From a virus (Duplodnaviria > Caudoviricetes): DNA of 64,000 nucleotides. The stretch spans positions 1,466 to 65,465 of IMG/VR virus record IMGVR_UViG_3300028025_002058. One strand, 5' to 3'. Every line of letters begins with the position of its first letter. The stretch's first letter is position 1. A program made the translations under genes and the position numbers. The notes under the pieces were generated by a model. The model was given only the letters and a program-made list of their open reading frames with translations, was not told the origin of the DNA and did not search any database. Positions 15,376 through 24,200 of the stretch are shown piece after piece.

Positions 15376-15583
15376 ACTTTGTGGGCAACTTCCATATTCC
15401 GTTACTGTTAACAGCAATTCTATCTGCTGTCCCCCAAGCGTTCTCTCTGAACATGCCCTTTATGTTTGTAAATCCACTACTGTCTTTTTTCCAAATAATG
15501 AGATCGTAATTCTCCCAGTATGGAGTTATATTTTTAGCCTTCTTTATAAAGACTTCGACACCTAGTTCTGTTAAATTTAACAT
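15356..15583 (-). CDS. hypothetical protein
   Basis: 75-aa ORF with AAGGA SD. Confidence 0.7.
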   Translation of the reverse strand: MLNLTELGVEVFIKKAKNITPYWENYDLIIWKKDSSGFTNIKGMFRENAWGTADRIAVNSNGIWKLPTKYVRHFK

Positions 15584-15601
15584 TTTTCCTTAAACATAAA
15601 A

Positions 15602-15652
15602 CGTAGCATCCCACTGATATATATTATACAGGAAATGCTACGGCTATGTCAA
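15602..15652 (-). promoter_or_regulatory. promoter of the whiB operon with inverted repeat
   Basis: TTGACA-18-TATAAT; CGTAGCAT/ATGCTACG arms flank the -10. Confidence 0.7.
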
Positions 15653-15655
15653 TGC

Positions 15656-16588
15656 CTATTTAAGAAAAGTTCCATCCCATATGGACTTTTTAACTTGATC
15701 TGCTTCTGATAAATCTTCTGCTTTTTCTACTGGGACACAATTAGGCACCATACGGCCATTCTTTTCTTTCATGCCTCGTTGAGTATATCCAGACCAGCAT
15801 GCCTTTTCCATATTGTCCCATTTATCTTCGTCTTCATTATCTGACTCGTAAGACTTGCTCATTTCTTCTGAGCATTTTGAGCACTTATCGCATGTTACAT
15901 TCTCTGCCTTGCATGTCTCGCAACCACAATTTTCATATGCTTTTGAAATTGGCCAATTAACTTCATTCTTCATTGGATCTCCAATAGGAGCTGGGTTAGA
16001 TGAATTTGCGTCTTCTGATTCCATTTCCGTTGTATCTGACTCTTCTTCTGAGTCCTCTTCTTCTGGCACTTCAATCATGCCTTCAATTGCTTCCATAAGA
16101 TGCTCAATAACCATTCCAAGCTGTTCTTTTGTGATCTCTGGGCGCAAAGCCTTTGTAATCTCTTCGTCATCTGGAATTTCTACTACTGTATCTGCTGGAT
16201 TAACTACATCATCTAGTATATCTTTAATTTCTTCTACTAATTCATTTGTTGTAAGTGATTTCTTCATATTTTTCTCTCTCTCTACTATTTTACGAGACCA
16301 AGAGAATCCTGCATCCCCGCCCCATGCTAACCACATAATCTTACCATTTGAAGGATTTTCTGCGTTATCCCAATCCTTACCCTTTTTATCTACTTCATGA
16401 CGTGAGAAGAATGAATACATACGCTTAACTGTAGAAAGGCTAAGAGTCTCTCCACGAGATAATTGTCCTGCACGAGTCCAGCCAACTGCAGTTCCTGCAC
16501 CTTTAGCCTTACCCTGCTCTTTTAGTTTAATAGCACGACGGGCTGCTGACTGCATCCCAGATGTTGGCTTGTATCCTTCTTTTGCCAT
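15656..16588 (-). CDS. modular head-associated-like protein
   Basis: N-terminal GT.VG..RA.QL..GE.LS..TVKRM.SFF.RH...WGG domain; acidic linker; CWSGY...KNGRMVPNCVP motif; KSIWDG.F tail. Confidence 0.6.
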   Translation of the reverse strand: MAKEGYKPTSGMQSAARRAIKLKEQGKAKGAGTAVGWTRAGQLSRGETLSLSTVKRMYSFFSRHEVDKKGKDWDNAENPSNGKIMWLAWGGDAGFSWSRKIVEREKNMKKSLTTNELVEEIKDILDDVVNPADTVVEIPDDEEITKALRPEITKEQLGMVIEHLMEAIEGMIEVPEEEDSEEESDTTEMESEDANSSNPAPIGDPMKNEVNWPISKAYENCGCETCKAENVTCDKCSKCSEEMSKSYESDNEDEDKWDNMEKACWSGYTQRGMKEKNGRMVPNCVPVEKAEDLSEADQVKKSIWDGTFLK

Positions 16589-16589
16589 A

Positions 16590-16733
16590 TTATTTCTCCT
16601 TTACGCTAAGGACTTTAACGTTTTTAATTTCATCATCTACACCAAAAATATCATTGGCATAATCGACTGCATCTTCTGAAGAAAATGCTTCTACTTCAGC
16701 ATCAACCTCAAGCTTGATTTTATAAGTATTCAT
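16590..16733 (-). CDS. small protein (47 aa, not in ORF track)
   Basis: MNTYKIKLEVDAEVEAFSSEDAVDY... Confidence 0.6.
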   Translation of the reverse strand: MNTYKIKLEVDAEVEAFSSEDAVDYANDIFGVDDEIKNVKVLSVKEK

Positions 16734-16734
16734 T

Positions 16735-17331
16735 TTACTTTCCGCAGGTTGGGCATGCTCCAGCAGATGTTACTGTTGGCTTTGCTGCTCCTCCAGATTT
16801 AAACTTTGGTCGTCCAAATCCTACTATAGAAACCTGTACTCCTGCTTTATTTTTCTTAAAAGCACGAAGTTGTTTGCAAGCCTCTCCGCCATTTCTTTGG
16901 CTTCCAGACTTCTTTGAAGAAGTATTTCCTTCAATACACCATACTGTTCCATCTTCGTTATCTTCAATAACAATTCCTACGTGAGAAATTCTATCGACAC
17001 CGTCTGAGGGGAAATCAAAATAGGCGATATCTCCTGGTTCTGGATCTGCAATATCTCCGTCAATCCATGCGCCAGCCTTTTTAAATGCTGCTGCTCCGCC
17101 TGGTGTATAAACAGTATTAGGAATTTTTACGGATGCCTCGTTCCCGCACCAATTAACGAAACTTCCGCACCATGGTTGAAAGTTAGCTTTTGTAAATGCG
17201 CCATACTTTGTCTCATTATCTTTAGGACCTTCAATGTATCCTACTTGAGACTTAGCAACTTGAATTAATCTAGCAACTGATCCTGCTGGAGCTTTTGCTG
17301 TTTCTGCTGGGACTGGAAAATCTTGTGACAT
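16735..17331 (-). CDS. CHAP-domain endolysin
   Basis: WCGSFV catalytic Cys, SHVGIV His, CIEGNT. Confidence 0.9.
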   Translation of the reverse strand: MSQDFPVPAETAKAPAGSVARLIQVAKSQVGYIEGPKDNETKYGAFTKANFQPWCGSFVNWCGNEASVKIPNTVYTPGGAAAFKKAGAWIDGDIADPEPGDIAYFDFPSDGVDRISHVGIVIEDNEDGTVWCIEGNTSSKKSGSQRNGGEACKQLRAFKKNKAGVQVSIVGFGRPKFKSGGAAKPTVTSAGACPTCGK

Positions 17332-17333
17332 AA

Positions 17334-17744
17334 TTAATTCTTATCCCAATCTGTATCAACTGGTTGCTCTGCTGGCATTGCACCATCAGGCTTTGCTGCT
17401 AAACGTGCTGCAGTTGCATCAATCTCTGCTTCAAGCTTTTTGTCTGCTTGTGTATTCTTAGCATCCATCTCTTTATTATCGAGTTGAGCCTTCATAATAT
17501 CTTTAGCACCTGACTGACCAATTAGAAGACCAGCAAGTGTTCCTGTAATAAATGTAGCAACTGAACCAAGAACATTAAAGAACATTTTATCATTCTCTGA
17601 TTGTCCGCCGATTGGCTGTGTTACGAAAATAAGAGCATAAAGAATGCCCAATGATGTGCACAAAAGGATTGTGCCTAATGTAATTCCTAAAATAAACTTT
17701 AATCTAGCGTCCAAATCTTGTGGACTTAGTCTTTCTCTAGCCAT
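17334..17744 (-). CDS. two-TM membrane protein (holin candidate)
   Basis: Two TM helices directly upstream of the lysin. Confidence 0.6.
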   Translation of the reverse strand: MARERLSPQDLDARLKFILGITLGTILLCTSLGILYALIFVTQPIGGQSENDKMFFNVLGSVATFITGTLAGLLIGQSGAKDIMKAQLDNKEMDAKNTQADKKLEAEIDATAARLAAKPDGAMPAEQPVDTDWDKN

Positions 17745-17955
17745 TTGGTGTACCTGTTTCAGTCGTTGTAATTTGATCTTTACCAATTACATCTTTAGTG
17801 CATGTGCCTGTTGCTTCACAAATTGGTGGATTGCATTCCGCCTTCTCCCAATTAGCAGGGTCCTGGCATGGGTATCTATAAAAACCTTGATACCCACAGC
17901 TAGTTAATGATAGCATTAAGAGACCTGACAAAGCAATAGCAGTTATTCTTTTCAT
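17737..17955 (-). CDS. Cys-rich lipoprotein
   Basis: Lipobox LTSC; YRYPCQDP.NW...C.PP.C...G.C; leaderless promoter. Confidence 0.75.
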   Translation of the reverse strand: MKRITAIALSGLLMLSLTSCGYQGFYRYPCQDPANWEKAECNPPICEATGTCTKDVIGKDQITTTETGTPNG

Positions 17956-17969
17956 ACCACTATTATACC

Positions 17970-18152
17970 CTACTCTGATTCTTTATTTCTAGCAGGGCTT
18001 GTGACTACCCATAGAGCTGTTGTGGCTATAATTCCATAGCCTACTATAGTCTTTGCGCTTCCGTCCAAAACGACCCAAGCAATGAACATACCAAGAAGGG
18101 TCCAAGCTTGATCAATTAGATCCTTGATTATATTTTTTAGTATTCTTACCAT
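17970..18152 (-). CDS. small two-TM membrane protein
   Basis: WTLLGMFIAWVVLDGSAK; coupled to the PA14 gene. Confidence 0.7.
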   Translation of the reverse strand: MVRILKNIIKDLIDQAWTLLGMFIAWVVLDGSAKTIVGYGIIATTALWVVTSPARNKESE

Positions 18153-20881
18153 TTTCTACCTCCTCGTGAACCTGGTGAATTGGCACCTGAAGCGCCTCCA
18201 CCAGAACTTCCTCCGCCTCCTGTGCCACCTCCCGTGGCTCCTCCTGTGGCAACTGCTGCTGCGTTAATTGCAGCACCTGCTGCAACTACTGTAGCAACAA
18301 CCATATCTGTTGCTTCTTCTCTTTCTTCATCTGACATATCTGCGCCTATACTTCCAAATGCGGCTAATGCTGCTGCTGGATTAGTAAACAATTCTTCTAC
18401 AAGTGCTCCTGGGTTCTGTAATAATTCTACTTGTGCTGCAACTGCTGCGGTAATTACAACTGCATTTCCATTTTCATCAGTTCTAACATCTACTGGGGTT
18501 GCAGGTGGTAGATCTTTATATTCAATTCCAGATGCTTTTATATCCGCAGAGCTTACTGCTTCTCCTGGCTTTAAATCTTCAATCAATGTATTGACTACTG
18601 CATCTTTTTGTTCTTCAGTTAATTCTTTACCTTCTTTAGCATCTTCTATTGCTTTATCAAGGGCTTCCTTCTCTGCTTCTTTTGCTTCTGCCTCTGCCTT
18701 TAATTTATCTGCCTCTGCTTGCTTAGCCTCTGCTTCAGCTTTTGCATTTGCCTCTTCTTGTGCCTTAGCTTCTGCTTCAGCTTTTGCTTGCTCTTCTGCT
18801 TCTCTTGCAGCCTCTGCTTCTGCTTCTAATCTTTCTGCTTCCGCTTTTGCATCTGCCTCTGCTTGCTCTTTAGCTTCTTGTTCTGCTTTTGCTGCAGCCT
18901 CTTCTGCTGCTAAACGATCTGCCTCTGCTTTAGCTGCTGCTTCCTCAGCAGCAACTCTATCTGCTTCTGCTTTAGCCGCTGCTTCAGCGGCTGCCTTTGC
19001 TTGTGCAGCAGCCTGCGCTGCTGCTTGTTCTGCTGCTCTTGCTTGTGCTTCTGCATACTCTGCCTCTGCTGCTGCTTGCGCTGCTGCGGCTTCTGCTGCT
19101 GCATTTGCTGCTGCTTGCGCTGCTGCTTGTTGCTCTGCATAATAATTTGTAGTAACCTGTGCAGCATTTGTCATTGCAGTTACCGCTTCATTAACTTTTG
19201 TTGTTGCCGTATTCGCAAGGGAGTCTGCTGCTTGAACTGCAATTGTTAGGTTTTGATTCGCAGTTGTTAGGTTTTGCTGCTCAGTTGTTAAGTTTGTCTG
19301 AGCGGTTGTGAGGCTTGTTTGGGCTACTGTTAGGTTTTGTTGTAGTGTATTTAGTATAGCTGTGTCGGTAGCTAATGTTTGTTTAGCAGTATTTAGTGTA
19401 TTTATTTGCTGGGGTGTAGCTGAAGATGTAGAAAATTCAGAAGCTGGAATAACTTCCCACCCTGATCCTGTATATCTCATTAAAGATACTGCAGCTCCAC
19501 CACCGTTTTCGTAATACCACATTTCAAAAGTCTTTGATATACCAGCCGTTGTCTGAACGTCAGCGGTGGATCCTCCACCACCTTTATCTACCCAGTCATT
19601 AATCACAAGCTGTCCGTCAAGATATAGTTTTACGCCGTCATCTGCTGGTGCTGTTATATACTGTGTTCCTGTAGTTTGTGGTGTCCATAAACCGTCCCAT
19701 TTAACTTGAAAATCTTCTGTGACTGTAGTCTGTGTTGTTTTGGTTACTGATATATTGTCTACAATGTAGTAGTCAGCATCTTTTACAATTGTAACTTTAT
19801 CAATATTTGTTCCAGTTACTGTTTCTGTTGATGTATATCCACTAGCCATATTATCTGAGCTTACGTTATTTTCCATTACGCTTGTGCTTGTAGTACCATC
19901 TGCATTTATTGTAATAATACTAGTATCACCATTTTTAGCATAAACACCCATAGTAACTTGTGTTACTGTTCCAGTGTTAGATGGGTTTACATCAATAACA
20001 ACATTTTCTGAAGGGTTAATTATTGTAAGTGCTGATCCACTAACAACATCTGTTTTCCCAGCAGAGTCTGACCAGTTGCCTCCTATAGAAACACCACCAA
20101 CAGGTTCTACTGAAACAACTGTGGCTGTTCCATTTGCAAATGTTTCTGTTACCGTAGTGGTTCCACCATTTACTGTTGGCCCTCCGCTACCCCATTGCTC
20201 ATTAATACCATTCGTATCTTTTCCAGTATAAACAACTGTTCCTCCCTGAGATGGAGACCCTGCTGTTCCTGGATTGCTATAAATAGTTATATTTAATCCA
20301 GGTGATGTATTTGAATCAACTACTGCTTGTGCTGCTGCTACAGCAGATTGATCTGAAGCAACTACTGCTGTTTGAGATTCAACTGCTGATGTTGCTGTAG
20401 TAACTGTTGCTGTAGATGACTCAACAACTGTTGTTGCTTGTGCAACTACCGCCGTTTGTGATTCAACAGCCGATGCTGCTGTTGTTGCAACTTGTACTGC
20501 TGTCTCTGCAGACTGTATAGCCGTTGTAGCTTCTTGTACTTTTACTGTAGCATCTGCTACGGCAGTAGCAATCGGCTCTTGTGTTGTTGCAATTGTTGCG
20601 GCTTGCTCTGTTGTTGTATTAGGAACATTTGCCTGAATTGTAGTAGTGATTGCTGCTGCCTGTGTTTCAGCTGCCTGTTGCAATGTTGTTTCTGCTGTTT
20701 CAACTTTTGTTGCAACTGTCTCAACTGTAACAGGAGTGGTTGCTGTGGCGGTATCTGAAGAAGGGTTAGACGGTGTTACTTGAACTGTTGGCTCATCAGC
20801 GTTTGCTACGCTTGGCCCAAAAAGGAAAAGCCAGCCAATTATAAAAAGGCTGGTTAAAAAGTACTTAAACTTTCTAGTCAA
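18146..20881 (-). CDS. large secreted/membrane PA14-domain protein with coiled-coil stalk
   Basis: Signal peptide; PA14 motifs IN..WG.G.P, F.VKW.G, ADDG..LY.DG...INDW, YYENGGGA; AEAEAKA repeats; hydrophobic/Gly tail. Confidence 0.85.
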   Translation of the reverse strand: MTRKFKYFLTSLFIIGWLFLFGPSVANADEPTVQVTPSNPSSDTATATTPVTVETVATKVETAETTLQQAAETQAAAITTTIQANVPNTTTEQAATIATTQEPIATAVADATVKVQEATTAIQSAETAVQVATTAASAVESQTAVVAQATTVVESSTATVTTATSAVESQTAVVASDQSAVAAAQAVVDSNTSPGLNITIYSNPGTAGSPSQGGTVVYTGKDTNGINEQWGSGGPTVNGGTTTVTETFANGTATVVSVEPVGGVSIGGNWSDSAGKTDVVSGSALTIINPSENVVIDVNPSNTGTVTQVTMGVYAKNGDTSIITINADGTTSTSVMENNVSSDNMASGYTSTETVTGTNIDKVTIVKDADYYIVDNISVTKTTQTTVTEDFQVKWDGLWTPQTTGTQYITAPADDGVKLYLDGQLVINDWVDKGGGGSTADVQTTAGISKTFEMWYYENGGGAAVSLMRYTGSGWEVIPASEFSTSSATPQQINTLNTAKQTLATDTAILNTLQQNLTVAQTSLTTAQTNLTTEQQNLTTANQNLTIAVQAADSLANTATTKVNEAVTAMTNAAQVTTNYYAEQQAAAQAAANAAAEAAAAQAAAEAEYAEAQARAAEQAAAQAAAQAKAAAEAAAKAEADRVAAEEAAAKAEADRLAAEEAAAKAEQEAKEQAEADAKAEAERLEAEAEAAREAEEQAKAEAEAKAQEEANAKAEAEAKQAEADKLKAEAEAKEAEKEALDKAIEDAKEGKELTEEQKDAVVNTLIEDLKPGEAVSSADIKASGIEYKDLPPATPVDVRTDENGNAVVITAAVAAQVELLQNPGALVEELFTNPAAALAAFGSIGADMSDEEREEATDMVVATVVAAGAAINAAAVATGGATGGGTGGGGSSGGGASGANSPGSRGGRKW

Positions 20882-20948
20882 CTAGGTATCTCCTAAGTAA
20901 TGCAATATCTTTGCTTACTTAGTAATTATAGCAGAATGTTAGTTTAAA

Positions 20949-21134
20949 CTACTTAGGATTATCTGTTTTATAAAAACCAGAACCGTTAAACTTAATACCA
21001 AATGATCCGTAATGTCTTTGTAATCTTTTACCGCATTCATTGCATAGATAGTTTGGTTCAACAGAAGTTATAGATCTTTCTTTAGACACAATGTCTTCTG
21101 GTGAACATTCGCATTTGTATTCGTATATTGGCAT
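20949..21134 (-). CDS. FmdB-family zinc-ribbon protein
   Basis: MPIYEYKC...C..CG..L.R......F.GSGFYKTD. Confidence 0.85.
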   Translation of the reverse strand: MPIYEYKCECSPEDIVSKERSITSVEPNYLCNECGKRLQRHYGSFGIKFNGSGFYKTDNPK

Positions 21135-21154
21135 AACCGTCCTTTAATAATAAG

Positions 21155-21238
21155 GAGCAGTTTATACACTTGCTCAGGTGTATCCTGCGGGTAGCGGCCC
21201 GCATATAATCTGCGACTCCCCAGTGACGGGGTGCAGAC
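21155..21238 (-). ncRNA. structured leader/ncRNA: two hairpins plus H-type pseudoknot
   Basis: TCTGC/GCAGA with CCCCG/TGGGG; TGCGGG/CCCGCA; TACAC/GTGTA with loop GAGCA pairing to TGCTC; TATAAT at 21243-21248. Confidence 0.55.
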
Positions 21239-21251
21239 TACTATTATACTA

Positions 21252-21671
21252 TTATTTGATTTTGATGGTCTTTGGCTTTTTGTCTTCAGGTACAATCCTA
21301 ATAATATTAATATTAAGCATACCGTCCTTTAGAGATGCACTAGATACTTCCATGTACTCTCCAAGCGCAAATGACCTTGTGAATTTACGTGCAGCAATTC
21401 CCTTATGCAAAACTTCTGCATCTGTGACTTCAGTAATTTCTCCAGAGATAACCAGTGTTCCGTTATCTACAGATAGATTAATGTCTTCTTTTGTGAATCC
21501 TGCAACCGCAAGAGATACCTGATATGTATCTTCGTCTAGCTTTAATACGTCATATGGGGGATACGATTGGCGTGATGCAGCATTATGCACGTTAGCCATT
21601 CTTTCAATTTCACGATTAAAGCCAATAAAAAATGGGTCCTTAAAAAGGTCCCATGTATATGTTGTTACCAT
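21252..21671 (-). CDS. small heat-shock protein Hsp20 (IbpA-like)
   Basis: YPPYDV, LAVAGF, HKGIA.RKF.RSF.L, A.LKDGML.I, PE..KPK.I.I. Confidence 0.95.
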   Translation of the reverse strand: MVTTYTWDLFKDPFFIGFNREIERMANVHNAASRQSYPPYDVLKLDEDTYQVSLAVAGFTKEDINLSVDNGTLVISGEITEVTDAEVLHKGIAARKFTRSFALGEYMEVSSASLKDGMLNINIIRIVPEDKKPKTIKIK

Positions 21672-21741
21672 TTTATTCCTCCTTCAAGCGAATAAGTTAA
21701 TTTATAGGACCCCTTATGGGCATCCTATAATAATTATATCA
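21672..21741 (-). promoter_or_regulatory. hsp20 promoter and ROSE-like leader
   Basis: TGaTATAAT; hairpin TAGGATGCCC/GGGGTCCTA; TTATTCGCTT pairing with AGGAGGAATAA across the SD. Confidence 0.55.
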
Positions 21742-21746
21742 TAATT

Positions 21747-22070
21747 TTAATTGTCTGGAATTTCAGGAATATCTATTTCGATCAGCCCTTTTTCCTTAGC
21801 TAGCCTTTGTCCTTCTGGGCTTAAGTGTATTGTTGCTTCTAGATTTTCATCATATTCAACTTCTACTAGTCCTGCTTCATATAATTCCATAAGAGACTTA
21901 TCAACATATTCAATATGAGACTGCCAAAGCTCTGGTGCGATATCCTTAGCGTTTTCGCTTATAGCAAATATCATTTCACCGCTTTCATCTATTCCTTCAA
22001 GAGAGACTGCGCCAATCTCCAAGTAATAAGCAAGTCTTGAATCTGCGTCGTCTTCTTCGTCTTCGTACAT
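21747..22070 (-). CDS. acidic hypothetical protein
   Basis: 107 aa, AAGGAG SD. Confidence 0.7.
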   Translation of the reverse strand: MYEDEEDDADSRLAYYLEIGAVSLEGIDESGEMIFAISENAKDIAPELWQSHIEYVDKSLMELYEAGLVEVEYDENLEATIHLSPEGQRLAKEKGLIEIDIPEIPDN

Positions 22071-22082
22071 GCCTCTCCTTTG

Positions 22083-22156
22083 TGCGACAAGTAGGACTTG
22101 AACCTACGATTACCGAATTATGAGTTCGGGGCTTTAACCAACTAAGCTATTGTCGC
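22083..22156 (-). tRNA. tRNA with CAT anticodon (elongator Met or Ile2), CCA not encoded
   Basis: Acceptor GCGACAA/TTGTCGC; D arm AGCTTAGTTGGTTAAAGC; anticodon arm CCGAA-CTCATAA-TTCGG; T loop GGTTCAAGTCC. Confidence 0.95.
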
Positions 22157-22164
22157 TTAGTAGT

Positions 22165-22416
22165 CTATTGTAACGTTCCATCTTCATTTTTGTCAATAGT
22201 TTCTTCTACTAACTGCTGGACATAATCAGAAAAATGTTTTCTAATACTTCCTGTTGGTCGTGAGCCTATTGTTTTCCATATTCTTTTGTATTCAACTACA
22301 TTAGCAAATGTAGTTGGGCATATTGGTACTCCATTATATTCCTTTAATACTGTTGGTAGAGGTACGTGTTTACCACAGCACTTACATTCTTTTGCTTTTT
22401 CTTGATATATACTCAT
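22165..22416 (-). CDS. zinc-binding hypothetical protein
   Basis: CKCCG...ICPT; ATGA coupling to terminase. Confidence 0.65.
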   Translation of the reverse strand: MSIYQEKAKECKCCGKHVPLPTVLKEYNGVPICPTTFANVVEYKRIWKTIGSRPTGSIRKHFSDYVQQLVEETIDKNEDGTLQ

Positions 22417-24200
22417 ACTATTTCCATTCCGTCTAGTAAGTCTGCTAACCTTTGTGGCATTCTTGGTGGTCTGATCATATTTGTCACTACAGTATCCTCT
22501 TCTTCTCTGTCCCACTTTAGAGAGCTATATGTGTGGATATCTATCTCTTCATTATTTTGTGGCCTACTTCTACTAATTGCATTAAATATAGAACCGCAAA
22601 CAGCATCCGCTAAGTCTTTAGATCCCTTTCTAGGGTGATCTACTCTATCTCTCATAATTTTAAGCTGAAGCAATTCGTCTATAAGCAATGGTATATGTGG
22701 ACCATCAAGTCTATCCTCTGCGACAACCATAGCCATATCATCATAATGCTTTTTAGCAACAGACAAAGTTTCAGTATTAATTCCATACTGCTTCAATTGC
22801 TGCATCATATCATGAGAGTTCCAACGGTCAAATGTACAAACTCTAACTTTAAATCCCTTAGATCTAAGTGATAGAATATAATCTTTAACTTCTGTAAAGT
22901 CAACTGATTTATCTGGAGTAGGAGTCCAATATCTTACAACATCTACTTCAACAATAGGGGCTGGTTGAGAGTAAGTATCAGTTACCTTAACGTTAACCCA
23001 CTTCTTAACGTGTGACATTGCAACTGCACAATGGTCATGCTTCTGAGCAAGGTCTACGTGAATAAAATATTCTTTATCTGGATCTGGTGCGAACCACTCT
23101 TCAAATCTTCCAAAATTATCTACGGCAATTGCCATATTACTAAAAGCTTTTTCAATCTTCTCTCTTGATTTAAAGAATGCATCTATGGCTTCTGAGGGCA
23201 TGCAGGCAAATCTTCCTAGAGCATCTGGGGCATTCTTATAAAAAGCTACCTTAAAATCATCAATTTTTCTTACTGGGTTTACTTCCCATGTTGGCCTTTT
23301 AAGGGCATACATCTTGGGATACTTATAAGAGATGATATGATCTTCTTCCCACTCAATATCAAATTCGTTACCCTCTGTGCCATCTGGAAGATCTTCATCT
23401 AATTTAAAATGATGGGTTCTAGTAATAACTTCTTTCTCTGCCACAACATCGTCGTATCTTTGCTGGATATAGTCATTCTTGTATCTAGGGAATGAAAGTA
23501 ATATTACCTTACCAAAGTCTGGGAAACGAGAGTCTACCGAAGCCCTATACATATCATATATAGCCCCACCAGTTTTAGCCTGCTCATGCCCAGTAGTATT
23601 TTCTGTGGCGAAGCCTGAGATCTCGTCTAGGATAATGACAATAACGTTATAACCTTCCCAAGCTTCTCTTTCTGAGTGGCCTGAGTGAACTGTTATAGAC
23701 TTATCAAATTTCATTTCAGAAGCCTTTGGCTCATACTTTCCAGCAAACCATGGGGACTTATCTATTCGTGTTTTAAATCCTTTAAAGAAAACATTGTTAG
23801 CCTGTTGTGAGTTAATAGCAATATTAATAATATCAATTGAGTCGCCAGGAGGTTTACCATAATATGTTGCTGGGTCTTTTAAGCATAATAGTAAATATAC
23901 TATATAGGCAACTGATATTGTAGAGCAGTAATCTTTTCCAGAACCTTTACCTAGCTGGGCAACAACCTCATTGGCTGTTTGCTTAAACATTCTTCTGCCT
24001 TCGTCTTCGCCAAACAACTTGATCAGCGTTGACTCTTTATAAATCTGCGAACTCTTTTCAATAAGAGTATACTGGTATTCAGATAAAGGTGGTAGCCCTA
24101 GATAGTCTGGACTCTGTACAAATGTACGCAAGTCAACTGGGCGTTCATCAAACTCTTCACCATCCAGTATATCGATAAGATCATTGAAATTAAGGTCCAC
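22413..24200 (-). CDS. terL: terminase large subunit
   Basis: Walker A GKGSGKD, Walker B IILDE, nuclease motifs HVDLA..HD and DHP..GSKDLADA. Confidence 0.92.
   Translation of the reverse strand: MDLNFNDLIDILDGEEFDERPVDLRTFVQSPDYLGLPPLSEYQYTLIEKSSQIYKESTLIKLFGEDEGRRMFKQTANEVVAQLGKGSGKDYCSTISVAYIVYLLLCLKDPATYYGKPPGDSIDIINIAINSQQANNVFFKGFKTRIDKSPWFAGKYEPKASEMKFDKSITVHSGHSEREAWEGYNVIVIILDEISGFATENTTGHEQAKTGGAIYDMYRASVDSRFPDFGKVILLSFPRYKNDYIQQRYDDVVAEKEVITRTHHFKLDEDLPDGTEGNEFDIEWEEDHIISYKYPKMYALKRPTWEVNPVRKIDDFKVAFYKNAPDALGRFACMPSEAIDAFFKSREKIEKAFSNMAIAVDNFGRFEEWFAPDPDKEYFIHVDLAQKHDHCAVAMSHVKKWVNVKVTDTYSQPAPIVEVDVVRYWTPTPDKSVDFTEVKDYILSLRSKGFKVRVCTFDRWNSHDMMQQLKQYGINTETLSVAKKHYDDMAMVVAEDRLDGPHIPLLIDELLQLKIMRDRVDHPRKGSKDLADAVCGSIFNAISRSRPQNNEEIDIHTYSSLKWDREEEDTVVTNMIRPPRMPQRLADLLDGMEIV

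Noticed and set aside
18180-19142. 320-aa + strand Ala/Ser-rich ORF
   Set aside because: Antisense shadow of the repetitive PA14 stalk; no SD or promoter. The same applies to 9561..10193, 15855..16400 and the other + strand ORFs beyond 5 kb.
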